Source: Camelus dromedarius
Taxonomy: Eukaryota
Assembly: GCF_036321535.1 (NCBI RefSeq)
Contig: NC_087438.1
Location: forward strand, 994,001 to 1,058,000
Direction of reading: 5' to 3'
DNA length: 64,000 nt
Shown here: in pieces, positions 24,088-33,430 of the stretch
Position numbering within the stretch: the first letter of the stretch is position 1
Layout: the number at the start of each line of letters is the position of its first letter
Notes under the pieces: generated by a model
What the model was told of the DNA's origin: nothing
Databases searched by the model: none
What the model saw: only the letters and a program-made list of their open reading frames with translations
Made by a program: the position numbers and the translations under genes

Positions 24088-24141
24088 GTTTATGAGGATG
24101 AAGACTACAGAAAAGTTCGATTTGTAGGTCGCCAGAAAGAG
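24088..24141 (+). CDS. NDUFS6: NDUFS6 coding exon 2
   Basis: Acceptor TCTTTTTCTTTGCAG|, VYEDEDYRKVRFVGRQKE (54 nt), donor GAG|GTACGT. Confidence 0.97.
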
Positions 24142-25274
24142 GTACGTAAAAGATGTAAAAGAGAGGTGAGCTCATAAAACTTACGTAACCAGCAAGACAT
24201 GAAAACGAATATGTGGACTTTAAGTAAATTCAGGTTGTGAGCAGTTCAGGAGCTCTGGAATTCTGCGTTTCTTCTAAACGTTAAACATGTCTGTTTCTGT
24301 TTTTCCCCCTGAAATACGCAGCGTGACGCCCTGCAAGGATAGTTGTGGGCTGTGTATAAATGGGAGCGACCTTTTTTCCATCCCTGCGCTACACCCCCTT
24401 TAAAAATTGCTCTTCCAGTCACTTTTGGAGCTGTGTTTTCTGTGGTTCGCTCCCCATACATTAGACTGGCTCTTTCAGGGACTTGAGTGGTCAAGCTGAA
24501 GACGGCACGGGGCGGGTCTTCCCTGAAACACCAGTGCGACTGCTGGGCGCTGGGGTCCTTCCGCCTCAGGAGCCTGCTCTCTTCCTGCTTCCTCCCCTCG
24601 TGCCTGCCGGCTCCGGAGTCTGCACCCCCTCCACCGCCCTTCTCAGCTGTCCCTGAACTGCGTCTCCCCTCTGACCTTGGTTACGTCGTCCATTCCCGTG
24701 TCTGGTTACTACTTCCAGGCCCGCTCCGGCTGTGCTCTGGGGCGGGGCGGGTGGCGGGAAGGAGTCTGGTGCTCTGGATGGAGCACTTCCGGCAGATGGG
24801 GTCCTGAAGCCCTGGGGCCAGCCTTGCGGCCTGGCCCCCAGCTCCCAGCTCAGCCTGTCACAAACTCCTCTCTGCTGGGAGCTCTCCCTTTGGCTTCTGG
24901 CTTCTGATTGTCCTTGCAGGGGACAATGGGGGAGCAACTTCAAACCAAACCAACCAAACCAAACGTCTAAGATCAGAGCTAGTGAGGCCAGTGACAGCTG
25001 AATGGAGGAGGCAGTGCTGGTGGTGTCCCCTTGCCGTGACCATCTGCTCACTCCGGTCCTGAACCGCTGCGACCCTTGACCCCATCCCCACCCGGGGTTT
25101 CTGGGACCTTTTCCTGTGGCAGATCATGAGTGTTGGGGGACACTTGTCCGTGTTGTAAATCTTGCAGCGGGTCTGTCACGATGACTAGGCACCCTGCTCT
25201 GGCCCTTGTTTTTACAACAGAAAGTGGTGTTTCGTAGTATTTAAAATTGTTTTTGTTTTCCAAGAGAGCATTGT

Positions 25275-25640
25275 TTTAAAAGACCTTTAGGTATACTGAC
25301 AAGTTGCACAGAGTGTGTAGTGTTCCCACGTGCCCCCCTTCCCCCCGCAGTTCCCCTGTCATGCACATCTTGCCAGAATGTGCTGCCTTTGTTAGAACTG
25401 ACAGCTTTGAACGCTTGCAGACTATTGATACTTTACGACTAACTCGAGTCCATGGTTTACCCGGACTCGGGTCCCTCTCTGTGTTGCACGTTCTGTGGAT
25501 TTGGCCAAATGCACAGTGCCTTGTATCCGATGTTGTGGCGTCACACAGGGTCTTCCCCTGTGCTCCGCCTCCGCCTGCCTGTCCCTGACAGCCGCTGATC
25601 TTACTGCCCCTACAGTTCCGTGTAGTTTTAGAAACGCGTG
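25275..25640 (-). mobile_element. LINE-1 3' end remnant (L1MC-like) in NDUFS6 intron 2
   Basis: TTTAGGTATACTGACAAGTTGCACAGAGTGTGTAGTGTTCCCA...CTCTGTGTTGCACGTTCTGTGGATTTGGCCAAATGCA...CCGCTGATCTT. Confidence 0.65.
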
Positions 25641-28009
25641 CTCCTGCCCGTGGTCTGAGGAACAAGAGAGCAGGAAGCTGGACGGTTGAGCTGCCTTTTC
25701 AGGGGCCTGGGGCTCTTTGCATCCCCACCGTTTCAGGAACAGATGTTAATCATGGGTTTGGGGTCAGGTCGCAAGGGAGCTGCCACCGTGAGAGATGGGC
25801 TGTCCTGCGTCAGTTGAAGGTGTCAGACACCTGTGATGGGCCTGGGAGCTGGTTAGTGTGGCCTTTGTGACACATCTGTCACTCGGGGAGACTGTGTATC
25901 ATTTATGCTGAGGCTTCATTGGAGTGGCACATGGCTTCGTGTGGCAGAGGCGGGGAGGACATCACCCGCCCAGAGCCGTCATCGCAGGGCTGGTTCGGGG
26001 CTGGTAAACTAAACAGCGCCCGGCCGCGTGGCTGGTGTGACCTGGCGGAGCTGCACTTCGGGTAGCTCCCTGCTCCCTCTGCAAATAGAAATCTAAGGAG
26101 AAGCCTTACAGAAGTGTCATCTGTGGTTGGCAAGGCTTTCTGAAAACAAGGGTGTTGCCCACGTTCTGTGGGCTCAGGACGTCAGCTGGGAGAGGGTGGG
26201 GGCCCCGCATCTCCTTGTGAGTGAGGGACTCTGCTCGGGACCGTGCTCCTGGACGGACGGAGCCAGCAGGCCCCTGAGAAACAGCTGCCAGACTGACTGC
26301 TCGTCCTCGTTTCAAATGTTATTAAAACTGCATGGTCTCCCCCTGCCCCCCCCTTATTTATAGAGATTGGTCTGTGCTGACTCTCTTGTTTCCTCCTCTT
26401 CGCTGCAGCGTTTGGCCTCTCTCTGCAGGTGGGATTCTGGGCCTGCAGGGTGGGTGGCCCTGACCCTCCAGGACCCACCTGGCACAGCCCTTCTCACCTG
26501 TGTGATGGACAGATACTAAGATCATTCACCTCAGATGGCGTTTACTCGCGAGCATCTCCTCTGCGTCCAGCCATCTCTCCCGTCGCTGTGTTGTCTCCAG
26601 GGGCGTCTGCAAGGGGACGGGGGTCCCACCCTGACTGGATTTGTCCTCTGTCACTGTGTCCCAATCCCATGGCCCTCTGGCCACCAGAGATGTGTGACCT
26701 TCAAGATGTGGTCGTGCTGTTTTCCATCCTGGGTGGGTTGATGGTGTGGAGGAGACACTGAGGTTTCAGAGGTGCCGGCGGGTGGGTAACCCTTGGAGCC
26801 CAGCTGTGGGACACAGACCTCGGCTGCTGACCCGGCGGCCACCGCAGGCACTTTCAAAGGGAGAGGCCGGGGCAGGGAGGGGTGCTGGGTTTTCCTCACG
26901 GGACTGTGGAGCACCTGGGGTGCAGGGCCAGCTGGGCGTGGGGGCAGGCTCCTGACTGGGGCTCCGAGGCACATCTGGGACCATGTGGGCCCGTCAGCTC
27001 TGTCCTGTGCCCCAGGTGCTCAGGACACCACGTTAGTGCTGTCTCCCCCGTGCCCACCGAGGCCGACTCCAGGCGTGTCCCCTGTCCAGCTTTTCACGTT
27101 GGCCGCGGTAGGGGGTCGTGAGATGAACTGTTTGCCAAGCCAGGATGCGCGAATGGCTGCTTTGCAACTTTTGCAAAAATGAAGCTGCGTGCAGTGGGGG
27201 GAATTGTGCAGTGGCCTCCCCCCAGGTGCCTGGTCAGTCCCAGTGCTCATGGCCAGGGTGCTCCCGGGCACCCCTGCTGCCTGTCCTGAAGCCGGGCTGG
27301 GACGCGGTGTCCTCGGGTCCGAAACCCGCCAGGGCACACCCCCAGAAGGTGTCACGTCTGCAGCGGCAGCGCCACACCCGAACTTAACCGTGGTTCTTTG
27401 AAATTAAGTATCTTGGTGGTGATAAATAGTCCCAATCGTGTCATATTTTTAATGATTTTGCAGCTTGTTGGACTCCGAATCCAAATGAGTTCTGTGCATT
27501 GTGGTTGTCAAAGTGCTCAGTTTCTCTTAACCTGCAGGCGCCCACACGTCCCTCCCCCCGCCTGGGGGGCCCCTGTCGTCCAGGGCCCACAGTGGCCTGG
27601 CCGCGGCCGTCTCTCCCGGCGGCCCTGCCCTCTGGAGGGGGCAGCCGGCTAGGAGGCAGCAGCGGCAGCAGATCTGACCCTAGCGGGGAGCTGCTGCGGT
27701 GGCGGCGGGCCCGTGGGCCCTTGCCTGGGCACTCCTGGCTCTGGTTCCGGTTCCTCTGCTGTGGGCGACCGTCTCCGGGTCTGCAGCTCTGGCGGGAGGG
27801 TCGATGCTCTCCCTGCTCTTAGTGTGAGCGCTGGTGCGGGGCGGGACCGGCTCCCCGCCGAAGGCGGCCGAGAGCTCCCTTCTTTCCCTTCATTTACCAC
27901 CTTGAAAATAATGCGTTGATTCCCTGCAGTAAGGAAGCAAATGGTTTAAAAACCTCTCTGGGGACCATGGATGTAATCGTATTGTTGTGTTTCGGGCCTT
28001 TGCAGTCAT

Positions 28010-28100
28010 GGTGCCCTCGTCCCCCAGGAGCCCTCGGGCCCAGGTGCCCTCGCATCCAGGTGCCCTCGCCCCCAGGACCCTCGCTTCTCAGGTGCCTCGT
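28010..28100. repeat. Degenerate minisatellite, about 16-bp unit (CAGGTGCCCTCGNNNC), about 6 copies
   Basis: GGTGCCCTCG / GGAGCCCTCG / GGTGCCCTCG / GGTGCCCTCG / GGACCCTCG / GGTGCCTCG recur at 15-17 bp spacing. Confidence 0.75.
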
Positions 28101-28632
28101 CTGTCACCCCTTGTGGAGCAGCCGTCGGGGTCTGGGGCTTCCTCCCCCAGCACAGCGTGGCTCAGGCTCACCTGTCACGTGTCCTGCCTGGGGCCCAGAA
28201 CCAGCTGAGTTTTCAGAACCCTGTCCTGTCAGAGTGAGTGGGAGAGGCGGGGCTCCCTGCCCTGGGGCTAGTCGCTGCCTCTGGTCTTTTCCAGCAGGTG
28301 AGGGGTGGGGAACAGGCGACAGGCCGGTGGGGTGGGATGTTAGTATCCGCGAATCCAGTCAAAGGCAGGTGAGAATTTCCTGTTCTTGCAGTTCTTGCAA
28401 CTTTTCTGTGAGTTTGAAATTATAGCCAACTGAAAAGCGACTGCGCACGTGTGTTAAGTTGCCGTGTGCCTGGGAGATGCACGGTGATGATACTTCAGTC
28501 GAGTGGAGCGGTCTGCGCCCTTCCTGGGAGTGCGCGAACATCCGTGGGCGCTGCCTGCGTGACTTTAAACTCCGTGCACGTGTCTAGTTTCTGCACTTGT
28601 CTGTACAGGCTTTTCTGTCTCTCTTGCTCCAG

Positions 28633-28755
28633 GTGAATGAGAACTTTGCCATCGATCTGATAGCAGAGCAGCCTGTGAGCGAAGTCGGGAGTCGAGTCAT
28701 ATCGTGTGACGGCGGCGGGGGCGCCCTGGGCCACCCGCGAGTCTACATAAACCTG
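28633..28755 (+). CDS. NDUFS6: NDUFS6 coding exon 3
   Basis: Acceptor TGTCTCTCTTGCTCCAG|, [41 protein letters not shown] (123 nt), donor CTG|GTAATG. Confidence 0.98.
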
Positions 28756-29504
28756 GTAATGCACAGCCCGACCTGTCCTGTCCTGCCCACCCCCCACGGC
28801 ACTCTCCCGCCTGGCCTTGGCGCAGACCGCACGAACGATAGGGACTGAGCCACGGTGTCCAGGGCACCTCTTGTCTGACCCATGTGTGATGCCTTAGTGT
28901 CACCAGCGCTGCGCCACCTTCCTCCCAAACACGTGGGGTGTGTCTTTCCCCAGGAACCCTTGCCTCGGCGCCTGTGTTTATGTCCCTGAGGGATGCACAC
29001 ATGGAGCCTTGGAGAGCCGCACGCAGGGCAGGGGCCGAGGAGGCCCCACGCAGTAACGCCCGCGTGCGGGCGGGGGAGGGGAGGCTGTCGGCAGGACCCA
29101 CCGCCGCCCCTTCTGCTGAGTCCAGGCTGGACACCAGCCCTGCGGGTGGGCCTCTGCTCAGCACCCTGCCCTCCAGTCCTTCCAGGGTGCAGCCTGCCTC
29201 GTGGGCTGGGAGGGTGGACAAGGACTCAGCCGTGGGGCCGGCAGTGGCTGCGTGCTGACACTTTTCTGTCCTTGCGGCATTGCTGGAGGTGACTGCATGT
29301 TCCAGGGCGAGGAGCCTGTGCCCCAGCAAGTCGGGTGGAGCCGGGGACCCCCGGCACAGCCACGCACGCCCGGCATTTGGCAGTGAGCTCAGAGCTGCCC
29401 CAGCACCCCTTGGTGGCGGTGTGTACTTCTGGGGTCTGAAGTCTACACCTGTCTAGATTTGAAGTGGAACTTAAACAGGAACTCTTTCCTTTTGAATTTT
29501 TTAG

Positions 29505-29570
29505 GACAAAGAAACAAAGACAGGGACGTGCGGCTACTGTGGCCTGCAGTTCAGACAGCACCACCACTAG
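29505..29570 (+). CDS. NDUFS6: NDUFS6 coding exon 4
   Basis: Acceptor TTTTGAATTTTTTAG|, DKETKTGTCGYCGLQFRQHHH*. Completes the zf-CHCC motif C-x8-H-x15-C-x2-C; total 125 aa. Confidence 0.98.
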   Translation, partial: DKETKTGTCGYCGLQFRQHHH

Positions 29571-29945
29571 GGCGGCGCGGCAGGCCGGCGAAGGGGGCGC
29601 TCTCCTGGACGGCCGCGCACGGCTCAGCTCTCCCCGACGGCTCGGAAGTCGCACATTCACCTAGGAGGGGGGCTCGGAGAAGGTCCCCTCTGTGGTCCTG
29701 TCCCCTCTGGGGTCCTGCCGGGTGCTTCTGGGCTGCGGGGAGGGTGCCATGGCCACGCGAGGCTGGAGCTCCTGGCCCGTCTCCGACCTGCGGTCACACT
29801 TTCCTTCCGTCTGATGGGTGGTCCAGCGTCTTCAGTCCCAGGAAGTTCAATATCCATTTGAAGGTGGTGGTAGTCACACGTGGGCCGGGTTAAGTACAGT
29901 CTGAATATTTTAAAGAGTCGTAATTATGATGTATTGTAAAACAAA

Positions 29946-29951
29946 AATAAA
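29946..29951 (+). terminator. First canonical AATAAA downstream of the NDUFS6 stop (candidate poly(A) signal)
   Basis: AATAAA about 375 nt after the TAG, preceded by two TGTA motifs. Confidence 0.45.
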
Positions 29952-31149
29952 AATAAGGCTGAAGAAAGAAGGAGGAGGCTTGGCTGGGAATCGGGGGGGA
30001 AGGTGATGACAAGCCGAGGGGTCTCCCCAGAGCAGAGGCCTGGGTTGAGGAGAGCCTGTGGGTGGGTCACAGGGGCACAGTGAGTGAGAGAGCACATTCA
30101 CCTGGTGAGAGGGGACACGTGGTGAGTTCTGATTATTGTAAATGAGGCGGTGAAACTCTAAACTTTAGAGAAGAGAAACCCATTTAAGCTTCTGGATGAA
30201 GAACAGAACCATAATGGGAGCTACCAGAGGGGCGCCCGGTGCTCCATGGTCAGACCTGGGAGCCGGACGACAGTGCCCACCGTCAGGGGTCCTGGGCGTG
30301 GCTACAGTGGTGTTCACCCGTCAGGGAGGGGCATCTCTGTGGACAGGGAGGATTAGGGGGCTGCTCCTGGCTCCAGGCAGTCCCTGGGGGGGGTGGTGAG
30401 TGGGGCCGCGCAGCTCCGTGGGCTGGTGTGCGCAGTGGGTACAGCCCCAGCTCCTCGGGTGGGAGCTGCCGGGCTGGGCGGTCCGGCGGTGGGCCTGGGC
30501 TGGCCCTGCGAGTGGTCTGGGAGGTGGAGGCTCGGAGAGGAGGTGGGGATGGGCGTCCTGGGGTCTCGGTGGGGCCGGGGGGTGGTGCTAGGGGGAGCCT
30601 GGAGTAGGTGAGAGCCCGTCAGCCTGACCAGGGCAGTGGGTGCACGATGATTTCAAGCACTGAGAACATGCCTGAGTGGGAAGGGGCCGCTGAGGGGGCG
30701 CGGCTGGAAATGGGTGCAGAGAGTGCATGGGGTTGGGGTGACAGGTCCCGCACACAGGGAGGCCTCGGAACCTGGGCCAGACGGCGCAGCGGCCGGTGGG
30801 AGGGCCAGGCCGAGCCCCGGGCTGCAGGGGTCCTTCTGCCTGTGACCTGCCGAGGGTCTAGGCTCACGTGGGTGTCGGCTTTTGCCCGGTGCTTTCCCTT
30901 CACCTCTGGAACTCGGTGCTTTTTCCTGTAAGCGCCTGACGCAGTGAACTGCACTGATGGCTCTAAAGTGAACCTCTGCTTTCCCGGGGGAGCCCAGACC
31001 CTTCCCTGTGCTGTCCCCTCTGTCTGTCCTGAGGTCTTGGCACCAGGGTCGTGCTCACCTGCAGTTGGGGGGCCCCCATTTTCTGATCAAGAACCCCGGG
31101 AAGTCCTCTGGGCCTGGCCTGGCCAGCTGTGGGCAGACCGGCCGCAGCT

Positions 31150-31760
31150 CTGACTCCCGTGGTGGTTCAGGGCTCCGCTTTCTTCTCGAGCTGGTTTTGG
31201 TAGCTGGTGGCTTTTTCCCCTGGAATTTCACTGTTTTACCTAAGTTTTCAACGTTGCTGGCATGAAGCTGCGGGGTGTCTACGCTCCCGTCCGTGACGGA
31301 GGCTGTGCTCTTGGTTCTGTGACTCACCCGTGCCCGGCACGAGCCTCTCACGAGTGTGAGTCGTTTTCGTCTCGAACAAGACATCCTGCCTTGAGTCTCC
31401 TCTGTTGGTGTGTCGTTTGGCTGCACCGACTTCATTAAGTATTTTCATGGTTTTTTTTTTTTCAGTCCTTCTCAACATTAATGTATGTTTATGTTTTTGT
31501 CTCCAACATACAATATACTTGGTATATTGTACACTAAATACACCTGGTTTTTATCCAGTTTAAAATCCTGTCTCCCAGCTGGAGAGTTCAGTCCATTTTT
31601 ACGTCATGTAACGGCTGACGTGTTGAGGTTCAAATCCACCGCTTCGTTCTGTCCCGTCTGTCCCAGCACTTTTTTGCTTCTCTTTCTCCTTTGCTTGAAA
31701 GAATTTGTGTTTTCATTCTCTTTTCCCTGTAATACAAGTTGATTTTTCTTCAAAACAGAA
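31150..31760 (-). mobile_element. Degraded LINE-1 remnant
   Basis: T-rich sequence with L1-like CTGGTTTTTATCCAGTTTAAAATCCTGTCTCCCAGCTGGAGAGTTCAGTCCATTTTTACGT. Confidence 0.6.
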
Positions 31761-33054
31761 AAGTCAGGTGAACACTGGGAAACATGATGGCAGCTCATTA
31801 GATTAAAAAATTCTTAACACACCAGTTGCAGTCGGTGTCAGCGGCTGCCTTTGCACGTGACGACCACCGGGCTTCACCACCTACCCTCCTCCCTTAGAAC
31901 CCTCTGGGAAGGTCCTCCGTTCCCCCATGGGTCCCATGCGGGTGGGAGGGGTCAGCCGCTGCGCCCAGGGCTGGGGACCTGATTGCTTCTGCTGCTCCCC
32001 CCATCCCCAGCAATGAGCAGGAGCGGGTCCGCTTGACGTCCTCCTTGCACAGTCCCTGCGCTTCCAGGCCCTGCTTCTGCCCACCCAGTTGGATCCACCT
32101 GCAGGGCCGCTCTAGGGGGTGAGTGAGCAGGGATGGCAGGCAGGCAGCTGGCTGTCAGGAGTCAAGTGCACTTTCCCATGAGCCAGGCTGGGCCTGCCCC
32201 CCACGTCGTGTTTGGACTGCAGGTACGAAGGAGTTGCAGCGGGCTCTGCCGTGTGAGGGGTGTGAGGTCAGGGATCCACCCCAACCTCAGCCCCAAGCGT
32301 GCAGATGGGTGATGACCAGAGTCTGCCCCGGCCAGTCCAGGTGTGCACACCCACGGCACCTGTGCGAGGCCAGGTGGGTCAGGGCCTCGCCCGGGGCGCT
32401 GAGGTCACTGACATGGGGGTGAGCTCAGTGCTGTCCTGGGGGGCCCAGGCCGCCCCCTCTGCCTGGCCATGCTGGGTCCCACTGGGCCAGAACGAGGGGC
32501 GGGGGCTCCTGGGAGGGCTTCACCTGTACGTGCGCAGCGGTTCCTTGGTTTTATGGCGGATGTTTGATCTGGTTCCCCATCCTGCAGTGAGCTGGTGACT
32601 CACGTCAGCCCTCGGGTGGCTGTCATGGGTGCAGGGCCCCTTGTCCCGGCTTCAGTCACCTGCTGCCAACTTCCTTCTGACAGTACTAAGTGGGTACTTT
32701 CAGAGGTAATTCGTAAGTGACACATTTCTAGGCATCCTGAGCAGTGCGATGCGGTCTCCCATCTCTTGCCCCGTCCCGTCCCGCCCACGAGAGAATCGGC
32801 CCTGTGCCCGCGTGTCCACCCGGAATCACTTGCCGCTTCTCGGTCGGCAGCTGTGGTGTCTCGATACAGCGGTGCTTGTGTTCAGGTGACCCTGGTTTTG
32901 CCTAGCAGTGGCCCCGGCATGTAAGCGTATGTGCGGGAAAACACAGCAGACGTGGGGCGGGGCACTGTCTGTGGCTTCAGGCCTCCTCTGGGCATCTTGG
33001 AAAGTATCTGCGGGTGAGGGGGGGGCCAGTGAGTCTGGGTATCCAGGCAGAAAC

Positions 33055-33430
33055 GTGCTGTTTCCTGTGGCTGGTGCTTCACTCACTCTCAGGGAGGCCG
33101 GAAGCCTGAGTCATGGGGTCCCAGGGCCTCTCGGGGCCTCGATTCCCCCCGAGGGCCAAGCCAGTGGTGTTTCCAGCCCCCCCAGCTTCTGGAGGTGCCC
33201 ACAGTCCTTGGAACTCCTGGGGTGGTGGTCCCCCATCTCTGCCGCCCCTCCCCACGTCTTTGTCTCCACGTGGCCACCTTGTAAGGACACCTGTCCTTGG
33301 GTTTAGAATGGCCTTGTCTTAGTTAATTACACCTGCAAAGACTGATTTCCAGATAAGGTCCAGTCAGAGGTTCTAGGGGGGCATGAGTCTGGGGGACGCT
33401 CACCCCCAGGACAGGGAACAGGGTGTGCTC
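33055..33430 (-). mobile_element. MLT1 (MaLR) LTR remnant
   Basis: CCAGCTTCTGGAGGTGCCCACAGTCCTTGG...GTAAGGACACCTGTCCTTGGGTTTAG...TTAATTACACCTGCAAAGACTGATTTCCAGATAAGGTC. Confidence 0.75.

Noticed and set aside
28597..28848. 83-aa ORF, and the 95-aa ORF at 23133-23420, as standalone genes
   Set aside because: They are NDUFS6 exons 3 and 1 read through into intron sequence.
29564..29578. CTCF-like CCACTAGGGCGGCGC at the NDUFS6 stop codon, and GCTCTAGAGGGCAG at 2717-2730
   Set aside because: Mismatch or insertion at core positions; such matches are expected by chance at this GC content.
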